Assembly (NCBI GenBank): GCA_041743505.1
Contig: JBGTMQ010000019.1
Location: 6,147 to 70,146, forward strand
Direction of reading: 5' to 3'
Source: Candidatus Saccharimonadia bacterium
GTDB taxonomy: Bacteria > Patescibacteriota > Saccharimonadia > UBA4664
DNA length: 64,000 bases
Of the stretch, positions 38,572-48,422 are shown piece by piece (position 1 is the stretch's first letter; the number at the start of each line of letters is the position of its first letter). The notes beneath the pieces are model-generated. The model ran no database searches. It saw only the letters and a list, made by a program, of their open reading frames with translations, and was not told where the DNA came from. Position numbers and translations under genes: made by a program.

Positions 38572-39843
38572 ATGATTCAAAAGCTTAAACGTTGGCTTTT
38601 TTTCCCGGCAGCGACATACTTTAGATTTTGGGCCGCCATCCGGCTAAAACGCTGGCATCCCCGGATCATTCTCATTACCGGCTCAAGCGGCAAGACCACG
38701 CTGCTTCATTTACTAGAAACTCAGATCGGTGCCAGGGCCCATTATTCTCACCATGCCAACAGCGCCTTTGGCATCCCTTTTGATATTCTAGGCTTTCCCG
38801 CCCGCACCAACCGGACCTCGGAATGGCTGAGACTTATCTTATTCGCGCCCTTCCAGGCGTTCAAGCAGCCGTTTGATCAGCCTTTTTATGTTGTCGAAGC
38901 CGATTCCGACCGGCCGGGCGAAGCCAGGTTCTTAACCCGGTTATTGCAGCCAGAAATCACTATTTGGTTAAGCAGCGACAAAAGTCACAGCGGTAATTTT
39001 GACTCACAGGTACAAGGCGGCCAATTTAACGCCGTGGAGGAAGCCATAGCCCAAGAATTTGGTCACTTTCTAGTCGCCACCTCCCGGCTGGTAATTGTAA
39101 ATGGCGATTCCCAGCTCATTGCTAGTCAGCTCAAACGAACGTCCGCCACTATTGAAAAGATTATCGCCCATCAAATCAGCGGCTATCGGCTCGGTGCCGA
39201 CTCCACTACATTTACCATCCATAAGCAGTCAATCCAGCTGCCGGTTTTACTGCCCGAAGCAGCCGGTCGCTCAGTCGCGGCTGTTCTCGCCGTCTGTAAA
39301 TACTTGGATATGCCAGTAAATCCATCTTTTGAGGGACTATCACTGCCGCCGGGTCGCAGCTCGGTTTTTAAAGGTATCAAAAACACCACCATTATTGACA
39401 GCACCTATAACGCTATTCCGGATGCTGTTCGGGCCATCCTCGGTCTCTTTGAGCACTACCCCGGCTCACACAAATGGGTCGTTGTCGGTGATATGGTGGA
39501 ACAAGGCCAATCCGAAGCCTCGGAACACGGTCGGCTCGCCGAAGACATCGCCAAACTAAACCTGGATCACATTATCCTGATGGGCCCGCGGGTAGCCCGC
39601 TACACCGCACCCAAGCTCAAAGCGTTAATCGGTCAAACGACCCCCCTCCAGGTCTTTACTGAACCCAAACCAGCTCTTGACTACCTATCCACCCATCTCC
39701 AAGGGGGAGAAGTGGTTTTGTTTAAAGGTGCCCGCTTTTTAGAAGGTGTCATAGAGCACCTTCTGGCCGATCCCGCCGACGCGGCAAGATTGTGCCGCCG
39801 GGAACCAGTCTGGCAACAACGGCGCCGAAGGTGGGGACTATGA
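38572..39843 (+). CDS. murF: MurF-like Mur ligase
   Basis: ITGSSGKTT, PGRS, IIDSTYNA, GDMVEQG. Confidence 0.75.
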   Translation: MIQKLKRWLFFPAATYFRFWAAIRLKRWHPRIILITGSSGKTTLLHLLETQIGARAHYSHHANSAFGIPFDILGFPARTNRTSEWLRLILFAPFQAFKQPFDQPFYVVEADSDRPGEARFLTRLLQPEITIWLSSDKSHSGNFDSQVQGGQFNAVEEAIAQEFGHFLVATSRLVIVNGDSQLIASQLKRTSATIEKIIAHQISGYRLGADSTTFTIHKQSIQLPVLLPEAAGRSVAAVLAVCKYLDMPVNPSFEGLSLPPGRSSVFKGIKNTTIIDSTYNAIPDAVRAILGLFEHYPGSHKWVVVGDMVEQGQSEASEHGRLAEDIAKLNLDHIILMGPRVARYTAPKLKALIGQTTPLQVFTEPKPALDYLSTHLQGGEVVLFKGARFLEGVIEHLLADPADAARLCRREPVWQQRRRRWGL

Positions 39844-40529
39844 CACGGGTCTACATTCTTCATGGGTGGACGTATTCCACGGACAAGTGGCAGCCCCTCA
39901 TCGCCTGGCTGCGCCAACACGGCATTGAACCAGTTATGTTAAACGTCCCTGGACTTACCTCGCCGAGCACTAAGGTTTGGGACATCAAAGACTATGTCGC
40001 CTGGCTTAATAACTCTACCCAGCATGAGACCGGTCCTTTCATTCTCATCGGCCACTCCAATGGCGGGCGCATCGCCTTAAATTTCGCCATTCAATACCCC
40101 CGCCGCTTGCATCGTCTAATTCTCATCGATAGTGCCGGTATTTATCACGACGAGCCGTCGGTCCGGTTAAAGCGGTTCGTATTTGGCCTGTTGGCTAAGA
40201 TTGGTAAAAAGTTCACTCGATCACGTCATCTTCGTACGCTGCTGTACAAAGTGGCCCGGGCAGAGGACTACCGCCAAGCACCGCCTAACATGCGCCAAAC
40301 CATGGCCAACCTTCAGGCCTCCGACCAGCACCTCAGACTCGCGTCCATCCGCACGCCCACTACCATTATCTGGGGCGGCCAAGACAAAATGACTCCATTA
40401 TCTGATGGTCAAGCTATGGCCCGTCATCTCAAAACCGATCAGCTGCTTATTATTTCTGAAGCCCGACACTCGCCATTTTTTACACATCCAGCTGAAACCG
40501 GTCGCATCATTCGGGAAACCTTGCAATGA
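39840..40529 (+). CDS. Alpha/beta hydrolase
   Basis: LHGW, GHSNGG, WGGQD, ARHSP. Confidence 0.85.
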   Translation: MTRVYILHGWTYSTDKWQPLIAWLRQHGIEPVMLNVPGLTSPSTKVWDIKDYVAWLNNSTQHETGPFILIGHSNGGRIALNFAIQYPRRLHRLILIDSAGIYHDEPSVRLKRFVFGLLAKIGKKFTRSRHLRTLLYKVARAEDYRQAPPNMRQTMANLQASDQHLRLASIRTPTTIIWGGQDKMTPLSDGQAMARHLKTDQLLIISEARHSPFFTHPAETGRIIRETLQ

Positions 40530-41722
40530 GCCTTTTTAATTCGCTTGGCTCAAACTATACCTCTCGTATCGCCATTCGTTCGCTGTTTTCTTCGGGCCGC
40601 CTTGAGCCTAACATCAAGCTCGTCGACCTTATGGAGCAGCGCTATGGTGGACCGGCCCACCTAACCTATAAAGGCCGGGAGGCGCTTGCCATGGCCTTGG
40701 CAGCTGCCAATTTAGCCCCGGGGTCGGCCGTGGCTATAACCGGGTTCACCTGCTACGCCGTCTATAGGGCCGTGGTCAGTACCAAACTTGATGTCCATTA
40801 TCTGGACATTGATCCTGGAACTCTCAATTTTTCGCCCCGTACCCTGACCGGAGCCATCACCGCAAACCCTCAGATCAAGGCTGTAATTGTGCAAAACACC
40901 TTAGGCTACCCGTGTGATATCGCCGCCATAGAGCAGATCTGCCAAGCCCACAAGCTAATTCTCATCGAGGATCTCGCCCACAGTGTCGGTGCTACCTATC
41001 CTGACGGTCGGGAAGTTGGCACCGTAGGCGATTTCACTATGCTCTCGTTCGGTCGCGACAAGATCATCGACGCTGTATCCGGCGGCGCCTTAATAACTCG
41101 CCGTCCCCGCTATCGCAACTTTCAACCCCGCCCGCTACTTCCGGTACCAGCCGGTCCGAAGCTTCGAGACCGCCTCTACCCGGCTCTCACGGCCGCAATC
41201 AGGGCCACTTATGCAGCCGGACTTGGCAAGCCATTGCATTTGATATTCAAAAAAATCGGCCTGTTGTCCCGGTCCGTTGACGGCGAATTTTATGGTGGCC
41301 ATAAACTGCCATACTGGTACACCGACCTGGCTTTTGAGCGCTACCAAACTTTAGACAGTCTCTTGGCTCATCGCCGCCGAACAGCCAGTCTCTACGCTCG
41401 CCATCTTGACCCATCAATCCAGTTTGGCAGTCTCCAGGACCATATCCCCAACGCCACCAACCTTAGGTTTCCCATTCGGGTCAAAAATCGTGCTGGGCTC
41501 ATCCAGCACCTCGCCGGCCGTCGCATTTACCTCTCCGACACCTGGTACGATGCCCCTGTAGCACCTCCCAGGTACCTTCACCTCACGAGCTATAATCACC
41601 ACTGCCCCCAGGCCGAAGTAGTCGCCGCCCACATCCTCAATCTCCCCACCCACCTTGCCGTCTCCGAACATGATGCAATTAAACTGAGCGAGCATATCAA
41701 CCAATGGCTTCAATCACACTAA
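40526..41722 (+). CDS. DegT/DnrJ/EryC1-like PLP aminotransferase
   Basis: LIEDLAH, SFGRDK..GG, NLPTH. Confidence 0.85.
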   Translation: MSLFNSLGSNYTSRIAIRSLFSSGRLEPNIKLVDLMEQRYGGPAHLTYKGREALAMALAAANLAPGSAVAITGFTCYAVYRAVVSTKLDVHYLDIDPGTLNFSPRTLTGAITANPQIKAVIVQNTLGYPCDIAAIEQICQAHKLILIEDLAHSVGATYPDGREVGTVGDFTMLSFGRDKIIDAVSGGALITRRPRYRNFQPRPLLPVPAGPKLRDRLYPALTAAIRATYAAGLGKPLHLIFKKIGLLSRSVDGEFYGGHKLPYWYTDLAFERYQTLDSLLAHRRRTASLYARHLDPSIQFGSLQDHIPNATNLRFPIRVKNRAGLIQHLAGRRIYLSDTWYDAPVAPPRYLHLTSYNHHCPQAEVVAAHILNLPTHLAVSEHDAIKLSEHINQWLQSH

Positions 41723-42729
41723 AATCTATCGACACCCAGGCAGATTGGGACACCTTCCTCGCGTCTCATCCAGAGTCCAACTTCTTGCAATCCTGGCAAT
41801 GGGGCCAGTTCCACGCTGCCCTCAAAAAACCAGTCTATCGGCAAGGGTTTTATCAGGCTGATCGCCTGGTTGGAGTCATGCTATCGGTAGTTGAGCCGGC
41901 CCGTCGTGGTCGCTACCTAACAGTCCCGGGCGGACCAATTATCAATTGGCACGATAAAGCTGTCGTCACCGCCTTTGTCAAAGCGGTTTCAAGCCAAGCC
42001 CGTATCGAAAAATGTGTCTTCGTTCGGGTCCGGCCCCAGCTACTGTCAGACGATTTCTCGCGTCAGCTCTTCGCAGGTCTAGGCTTCCGCAGCGCCCCCA
42101 TTCATATGCATGCCGAGCTTACCCATCAGCTCGATATCACGCGGCCCGAAGACGAACTACTAGCCGGCTTGCGCAAAGGCACCCGCTATGAGCTCAAGAA
42201 AGCCGGCAAGGAGGGAATCGTCGTCACAACTTCGTCCGACCCCGCCGATATCCCCGCCTTCTACGATATCCAAATAGACACCTCTAAGCGCCAGGGCTTT
42301 GTACCATTCTCGCTCAGTTTCCTTCTGACGCAATTCAAAACCCTGGCCGCCGCCGACCAAGCCTTGCTCTTCACGGCTTCACTCGACGGACAACTCCTGG
42401 CGCAGGCTTTCATAATTATGCAAGGCCAAGAGGCTGTCTATCACTATGGCGCCAGCACCGACGCCGGCCGTAAGCATCCCGGCGCCTATCTTATTCAATG
42501 GGAGGCCATTAAAGAGGCCAAACGTCGTGGCCTCACCAGATATAACTTTTGGGGCGTCGCTCCTCCCGACAAACCTCAGCATGGTTTTGCCGGCGTCTCC
42601 ATTTTTAAGCGTGGGTTTGGCGGGGGAGACATTCAGTACTTGCACGCTCATGACCTCGTTATCAACCGCCCACATTATCTTTTTAATCTCCTCATCGAGG
42701 AGACCCGCCGCCGTATCAGGCGCGTTTAA
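41704..42729 (+). CDS. FemAB/FemX-family peptidoglycan bridge peptidyltransferase
   Basis: FLQSWQWG, YHYGAS, YNFWGV, FKRGFGG. Confidence 0.88.
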   Translation: MASITLKSIDTQADWDTFLASHPESNFLQSWQWGQFHAALKKPVYRQGFYQADRLVGVMLSVVEPARRGRYLTVPGGPIINWHDKAVVTAFVKAVSSQARIEKCVFVRVRPQLLSDDFSRQLFAGLGFRSAPIHMHAELTHQLDITRPEDELLAGLRKGTRYELKKAGKEGIVVTTSSDPADIPAFYDIQIDTSKRQGFVPFSLSFLLTQFKTLAAADQALLFTASLDGQLLAQAFIIMQGQEAVYHYGASTDAGRKHPGAYLIQWEAIKEAKRRGLTRYNFWGVAPPDKPQHGFAGVSIFKRGFGGGDIQYLHAHDLVINRPHYLFNLLIEETRRRIRRV

Positions 42730-42776
42730 CACAGCACACCTTCCGCATCCAGTAGCAAAAATCACAACCACTAGTA

Positions 42777-42810
42777 AATCCCGGACCTCGTATTCGAGGT
42801 CCGGGATTTC
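42777..42810. terminator. Bidirectional terminator
   Basis: AAATCCCGGACCTCG-TATT-CGAGGTCCGGGATTT perfect inverted repeat between convergent genes. Confidence 0.75.
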
Positions 42811-42847
42811 ACGTTTCTATATTTGTCTACCTAGACTCAGTGCGAAA

Positions 42848-44140
42848 CTAGCGCAGTGGGTTCGTTGCCCACGGTGCTCCTGGCAAAGTAGTCGCTCCAG
42901 GCGAGGCTCCGTGTAGGTCTTCTGTTGTGCTGTTGGTGCCCGTACCGCAGAATACATGGTCAAGCAACTGCCCGGTCGCAATGCCGCTGTCGTTAGCGTA
43001 CTGGGCGTCGGTAAACGTTGTCGTAGACAGTGCCACAACCACGCTGCGCTTTGCGTCGGGCGAGGCCAGGACGTACGTTCCGTAGCCAACTACGCCGCCC
43101 GTGTGCCCCCAGAACTCTGCATTACAGCTTGTTCCCACAGTCTGGTGCAACAAGCCAAGCCCGTATCCTGCGCCCGGTACTATCTCAACGGTCTTTTTCA
43201 TTTCTGCCAACATTGCCGGCTTCAATACCTTGCCCGAAAGCAACGCCGTTATAAAACGGTTTTCGTCCTTGGTCGTGGTAATTAGCTCTCCGGCTGCATC
43301 ACCCCAGCTCATGTCGTGCTGTGTGGTGTCGGTGTACTCACGCTCAACCGGCTCTGTGGTCGGGTCGTCAGTGGTAAAGATGTGGTACCCATTCATGCGA
43401 GGCCAAGCGATCGTCGGGTCATGTCCCGGCGCCCTTGTCCCTGTAAGGCCGAGCGGCACAATAATGCGCTTCTTCACCTCTTTGTCCCAGCTATTACCGG
43501 TCACGGCTTTAATGACCTTACCGATTATCACGTAGCCGGTATTCGAATAACTCCAACCCGCACCGGGCTCAAACGTCGGCGGATGTGACAAGGCAATATC
43601 AATCAGATCATCCGGGGTATAGCGATGGTAGCGGTTAGCCATAAAGTCTTCTCGCGTCGAGAGAGTGGCAGAGAACTCCGGATCCGATGTGTAATCAAAG
43701 ACGCCGCTCGTGTGCTGCAGCAATTGGCGGATGGTAATCTTGTTTCCATCGTAGCCGTTGCCCTGTATCTCGCCTGGCAGCCACTTTTCGACCGAATCTT
43801 CCAGCTTTAGCTTGCCTTCACCTACGAGCTGCAATACGGTCGCCGCCACAATAGTCTTGGTGTTGCTGCCAGTCCTAAACTGCGCGTCAAATGGCACCGG
43901 CTGTCCGCTATCTAACTTGGCTTCACCAGCCCTGGCCTTAACCGATTGGCCATCCTTAATCACATGAGCCAAAACCCCAGCGGTGCCGGCAGCATGTATG
44001 GCATCAACATCCAGCTGCAACTGACCCGACGCCGATACCGGCACCGCGGCCAAAGTCGTTCCCAACAATAAAGCCGGCACCGTGGCCATAATAACCAGGG
44101 TTCGGCTGCAGATTTTTAATAGTCTTCCCTTTAAACTCAT
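42848..44140 (-). CDS. Secreted serine hydrolase, beta-lactamase class C / R61 DD-peptidase family
   Basis: FRTGSNTK (SxxK), LLQHTSG, YSNTGY, GHTG. Confidence 0.88.
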   Translation of the reverse strand: MSLKGRLLKICSRTLVIMATVPALLLGTTLAAVPVSASGQLQLDVDAIHAAGTAGVLAHVIKDGQSVKARAGEAKLDSGQPVPFDAQFRTGSNTKTIVAATVLQLVGEGKLKLEDSVEKWLPGEIQGNGYDGNKITIRQLLQHTSGVFDYTSDPEFSATLSTREDFMANRYHRYTPDDLIDIALSHPPTFEPGAGWSYSNTGYVIIGKVIKAVTGNSWDKEVKKRIIVPLGLTGTRAPGHDPTIAWPRMNGYHIFTTDDPTTEPVEREYTDTTQHDMSWGDAAGELITTTKDENRFITALLSGKVLKPAMLAEMKKTVEIVPGAGYGLGLLHQTVGTSCNAEFWGHTGGVVGYGTYVLASPDAKRSVVVALSTTTFTDAQYANDSGIATGQLLDHVFCGTGTNSTTEDLHGASPGATTLPGAPWATNPLR

Positions 44141-44300
44141 ACACTTCCTCCTAAATAACTTAGTCTTTATACTTCAGGGGTCAAAAGCTTGTCATGTCTG
44201 TTATTCCAAAGGATCACCCTCCCACCTTTTGACCTGTTGACTACTAGAACTCATTAAACTCGCTGACCGGAAGAGATACTTCTGGTATAATAACGCCACT

Positions 44301-44575
44301 ATGTCAAAGTTACCGGCTGAATCTGAAATTATTGAACACAAGGAAAGTCTTGCGGAGAAGAACGATGCTGGGGCGGATCTTTGCGCTTTTGCCAACAAAC
44401 GCGGCGGTACATTGTATTTCGGGGTGACCAAATTTATGTTCTTTTACGCGAATTAAAGCGCGAGGGGCTCATCATTCTCGATGGCCGGCCAACATCCATT
44501 TATAGCTCTTGGCATCTTACCGATAAAGGACGAACACAGATCAGCGACATAAAAATCGAAGTTAGTCGAAGTTAG
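44301..44575 (+). pseudogene. Internally deleted Schlafen/AlbA-domain regulator
   Basis: MSKLPAESEIIEHKESL...CAFANKRGGTLYFGV, then out-of-frame jump to a C-terminal wHTH-like DQIYVLLRELKREGLI. Confidence 0.65.
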
Positions 44576-44605
44576 TCGAAGAGTTAATCGAAGTTCCCAT
44601 TAATT

Positions 44606-46570
44606 ATGAACCAATCTCAGACCCGAAATTTTTGCATCATCGCCCACATCGACCACGGCAAGTCCACGCTGGCCGACCGCATGCTCGAGCTCACCGGCAC
44701 CGTCCAGCGGCGCGACATGCAGGCCCAATTGCTCGACTCCATGGACCTTGAGCGCGAAAAAGGCATCACCATCAAGCTCCAGCCCGTTCGCATGTCCTGG
44801 CAGCTTCATGGTGCACCGGAGCAAGGAAGTGATAGCTATAGCACTACGGGTCGTGCGCAGCCAGATATGATCGCGCCCGCCGGTGCAGGTACAGCGAAGG
44901 TACTGCATGAAGAAACGTCCCACGTTCGCCGGCCAGCGATCGTATCTGGTGGAGCGAACCCAGATGAATCTCAAACCTACACCCTCAACCTCATCGACAC
45001 ACCCGGCCACGTCGATTTCAGCTACGAGGTCTCCCGCAGCCTCGCCGCCTGCGAAGGCGCTGTACTCGTCGTCGATGCCAGCCAGGGTATCCAGGCCCAA
45101 ACCCTGGCCAACGTCTACCTCGCCATTGAGGCCGGCCTCGAGATCATCCCCGTCCTCAACAAAATCGACTTGCCCGCCGCCGATCCCGAGCGCGTCGCAG
45201 CCGAAGTCTCCAGCCTCCTCGGCTGCGATCCAGACACTATCCTGCGGGTATCGGGCAAAACAGGGGACGGCGTCACCGAATTGCTCGATGCCATCGTGGT
45301 ACAAATCCCGGCGCCCAAAGGTGACCCTGAAGCCCCGCTTCGGGGCCTCATCTTCGACTCCATCTACGACGAATACCGCGGCGTCATCCTATTTGTCCGC
45401 ATTGTGGACGGCGCACTGCACAAAAACGACGCCATTACGCTCATGGCCACCGACGCAACCGGCTTAGCCATCGAAACCGGCATCTTCAAGCCCGCCCAAA
45501 CCCCCGAGCCCGAGCTGGCCACCGGCCAAATCGGCTACGTCGTCACCAACCTCAAATCCATTGCCGATGCCCAGGTAGGGGACACGCTCACCACGGCCAC
45601 AGCCGCCAAAGACACCACGCTTGCGGCCCTGCCCGGTTACCGTCAAGTCAAGCCCTTTGTCTTCGCCGGCTTTTTCCCCAGCTCCGGCGAGCAATACCCC
45701 GACCTCAAGGATGCTCTCGAAAAACTCAAACTCAACGACGCCGCCCTCCTCTACGAACCCGAATCCAGCCAAGTGCTCGGTTTTGGCTACCGCGTCGGCT
45801 TCCTCGGCCTGCTACATCTAGATATCATCAAAGAACGCCTCGAGCGCGAATATGGCCTCGACATGGTCGTTACCAGCCCCAGTACCGACTACATCGTAGT
45901 CACCACCACCGGCCAACAATCCACTATCCGTAGCGCCGCCGAGTTACCCGATCCATCCTACATCGAGCAAATCCGCGAACCCTGGATCCGCGGCGAAATC
46001 GTGGTGCCCAAAGATTACGTTGGCGGCGTTATCCAGCTCATCAACCGGATCCGCGGCCTCCAAAAAAACCTCAGCTTTCTCGATGAAACCCTGGCCCTCA
46101 TCACCTTCGAAGCCCCTCTCGCCAACGTCCTAACCGACTTCTACGACTCCCTCAAATCCATCACCTCCGGCTATGGCAGCTTCAACTACGAACTCGACGA
46201 TTACCGCGCCGAAAAACTCGTCCGCCTCGACATCCTGGTCGGTGGCGGGCTCATCGACTCATTATCAGCCATCACCCACCGGGACGAAGCCTACCGCGTC
46301 GGCAAGGAAGTTGTAGAAAAACTCAAAGAAGTTATCCCCAAACAATCCTTCGAAGTCAGCCTTCAGGCAGCCATCGGTGGCAAAATCATCGCCCGGGAAG
46401 ACATCAAAGCCATGCGCAAGGATGTTATCGCCAAACTCTACGGCGGCGATGTCACCCGCAAAAACAAGCTCCTGGACAAGCAAAAGAAGGGCAAAAAGAA
46501 AATGAAGCGTATCGGCAAAGTCGACATCCCGGCCGAGGCGTTTATGGTGCTCGTCCGCAAAGACGGCTAA
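44606..46570 (+). CDS. lepA: Elongation factor 4 (LepA) with ~50-aa in-frame insertion
   Basis: AHIDHGKSTLADR, DTPGHVDF, NKID, RKDVIAKLYGGD. Confidence 0.96.
   Translation: MNQSQTRNFCIIAHIDHGKSTLADRMLELTGTVQRRDMQAQLLDSMDLEREKGITIKLQPVRMSWQLHGAPEQGSDSYSTTGRAQPDMIAPAGAGTAKVLHEETSHVRRPAIVSGGANPDESQTYTLNLIDTPGHVDFSYEVSRSLAACEGAVLVVDASQGIQAQTLANVYLAIEAGLEIIPVLNKIDLPAADPERVAAEVSSLLGCDPDTILRVSGKTGDGVTELLDAIVVQIPAPKGDPEAPLRGLIFDSIYDEYRGVILFVRIVDGALHKNDAITLMATDATGLAIETGIFKPAQTPEPELATGQIGYVVTNLKSIADAQVGDTLTTATAAKDTTLAALPGYRQVKPFVFAGFFPSSGEQYPDLKDALEKLKLNDAALLYEPESSQVLGFGYRVGFLGLLHLDIIKERLEREYGLDMVVTSPSTDYIVVTTTGQQSTIRSAAELPDPSYIEQIREPWIRGEIVVPKDYVGGVIQLINRIRGLQKNLSFLDETLALITFEAPLANVLTDFYDSLKSITSGYGSFNYELDDYRAEKLVRLDILVGGGLIDSLSAITHRDEAYRVGKEVVEKLKEVIPKQSFEVSLQAAIGGKIIAREDIKAMRKDVIAKLYGGDVTRKNKLLDKQKKGKKKMKRIGKVDIPAEAFMVLVRKDG
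44805..44968. repeat. Palindromic element inserted in frame in lepA
   Basis: CCAGATATGATCGC (44861-74) / GCGATCGTATCTGG (44936-49), nested stems, terminal TTCAT/ATGAA. Confidence 0.7.
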
Positions 46571-46669
46571 CTAATCAATTGGCCTATCCGTAACTATTAA
46601 AAGTAGTGAAGAGGTTACTTACTCTAAAAAAACTAGCCCGGCAACATTACGCCGCCGGGCCATTTGTGT

Positions 46670-47149
46670 TCAGAGCTTCCCATGCTCCCTCAGGTGTGCA
46701 ACATACAAAACGGCATCAGGCTCACCAAGCTCAGCTGCCCGCAGCCACCACCGGACAGCACCGGCCTCATCATCCAAGAGCTCGTAAATCTCGGCCAAGC
46801 GGCGGGTGCTCCAAGCGTCACCGGTCATCGCCTCATCCAGAAGCACCTCCCGGTAAGCTTCGACTTGTGTCCGGTCTTGAAAATCCAGGCCTGCTTCCCG
46901 TTGCCGCCTCAGACCGGCCGGCGGAATAATGGTCATAACCTCTGCGCCGATTTTAACAACCAACCCCTCATGCAGAAGTTCCCGGCGTTCCTGGATCGTC
47001 AGATCTTCCACGGCCTTGCCCTTTTTGACTGCGAACCGCTGGTCAACCAACCTAAATATCTCTCGTAAGGGCCGCAAAAAAACTTCATCATCCTCTGCAA
47101 AAACCGGCTCTCCTACCTGAGCGCCATCGCTAGTGCCAGATTGGTTCAT
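46670..47149 (-). CDS. Hypothetical protein with C-terminal Sel1/TPR-like repeat
   Basis: AVRWWLRAAELGEPDA; GGAGG RBS; hairpin 46636-46660. Confidence 0.65.
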   Translation of the reverse strand: MNQSGTSDGAQVGEPVFAEDDEVFLRPLREIFRLVDQRFAVKKGKAVEDLTIQERRELLHEGLVVKIGAEVMTIIPPAGLRRQREAGLDFQDRTQVEAYREVLLDEAMTGDAWSTRRLAEIYELLDDEAGAVRWWLRAAELGEPDAVLYVAHLREHGKL

Positions 47150-47283
47150 GACTATCCTCCGAATCCGCTCCAGTGAGCATCAGCGGACCAAACAATACCA
47201 GAAAACTAAATCTCTGACTAGCAAAAGCCGAGCAAACCTCCGGCATAAATGATATAACTGTGGTAGGAATAAAATAGAGACTT

Positions 47284-47664
47284 ATGCAGAATAACGACCC
47301 GACATCCCGGCCGCCGGCCACCGCCACACCAGCTGGCACTCCGCTCCCGCCACCAACTCAGCCCGACCCTATGACGGTACTCAACCCCGGACCGAGCGGC
47401 GCGTTGACCGACCCTGACCAGACTGATACCAGCAAAATTGCCATGATAGTCCTAGCCGTTCTGCTGGTCATAGCAGTGGGCATCGCCGCTTGGCAATTCG
47501 TGCCGTGGCCAAAGCCCGACACGCCCCGCCCGGCAGCGACGATCAACACCGTCAAGGTCGAAGCGGCCCTCGTCCAAGTCGATGCAGCCTTCGATGACCT
47601 CGATAGTAATATGGCGGGAGTCGATCCGGCCCTCAGCGACGTCCAGGGGAGTCTTAACGAATGA
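47284..47664 (+). CDS. Single-TM hypothetical protein
   Basis: Pro-rich N-terminus, TM. Confidence 0.6.
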   Translation: MQNNDPTSRPPATATPAGTPLPPPTQPDPMTVLNPGPSGALTDPDQTDTSKIAMIVLAVLLVIAVGIAAWQFVPWPKPDTPRPAATINTVKVEAALVQVDAAFDDLDSNMAGVDPALSDVQGSLNE

Positions 47665-48422
47665 AAAAACACAACATAGGCATCAAAATCTTTCTGGTTT
47701 TACTCGCCATAATATTTGCAGCGCTGCCTCTAGCTGCAGCCCTGGGCTCCGATACTCTGCCGGCACCTACCCCCGCCTCAACAGTCGCGCCGTCACTAGA
47801 ACAGCCAAAGCGGCTCAATAACCTCAAAACCCGTGGCGCCTCCGAGATAGACCGCCGCCTCGACCGGCTGCAACAGGCCCTCGATAAGGCGCAAACCGGC
47901 ACCAAGCTGCCAGAATCTACCAAGAAGCAGTTGGTCAGCCAGTTGCAAAACGAGATCACCTCACTCACCAATATCAAGAGCAAGCTATCCTCCGGCACCG
48001 ACCTGGCGGCCGCCCGCCTGGACGTCCAAAAAATCATCGACGATTACCGGGTCTATGGCTTGTTACTGCCCAAGGCGCGGATAATCGCAGCAGCCGACCG
48101 GTACTATTTAGCAGAAGAGCGCCTCAAGCTGCTCCGGGCTCAGTTGCAGCATGGCATCAATGTAGCCAAGCAGCAGGGCAAAAACGTCACGGCGCTGCAG
48201 AAGTCCCAGGATAACCTCATCAAACGGCTGGCCGCTGCGGAAAAGCATTACAAAGAGTTGCCCAATAAGCTCATTAATCTGCCGACGGCCGACTATCCGG
48301 CCAGCCACAAGCTACTGGCCCAAAGTACCGCCGGCCTCAAGGCCGCCCGTACCGATATTGCCGTCGCCGAAGACGAGGCCAAAAAGATCTTGACCGGTCT
48401 GCGTGGGTACAGCAAGTCATGA
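47661..48422 (+). CDS. Secreted coiled-coil protein
   Basis: Signal peptide; EIDRRL...YRVYGLLLPK. Confidence 0.7.
   Translation: MKKHNIGIKIFLVLLAIIFAALPLAAALGSDTLPAPTPASTVAPSLEQPKRLNNLKTRGASEIDRRLDRLQQALDKAQTGTKLPESTKKQLVSQLQNEITSLTNIKSKLSSGTDLAAARLDVQKIIDDYRVYGLLLPKARIIAAADRYYLAEERLKLLRAQLQHGINVAKQQGKNVTALQKSQDNLIKRLAAAEKHYKELPNKLINLPTADYPASHKLLAQSTAGLKAARTDIAVAEDEAKKILTGLRGYSKS

Noticed and set aside
44801-44974. Intein in LepA
   Set aside because: Too short and lacks the N-terminal Cys/Ser and C-terminal His-Asn splice motifs.
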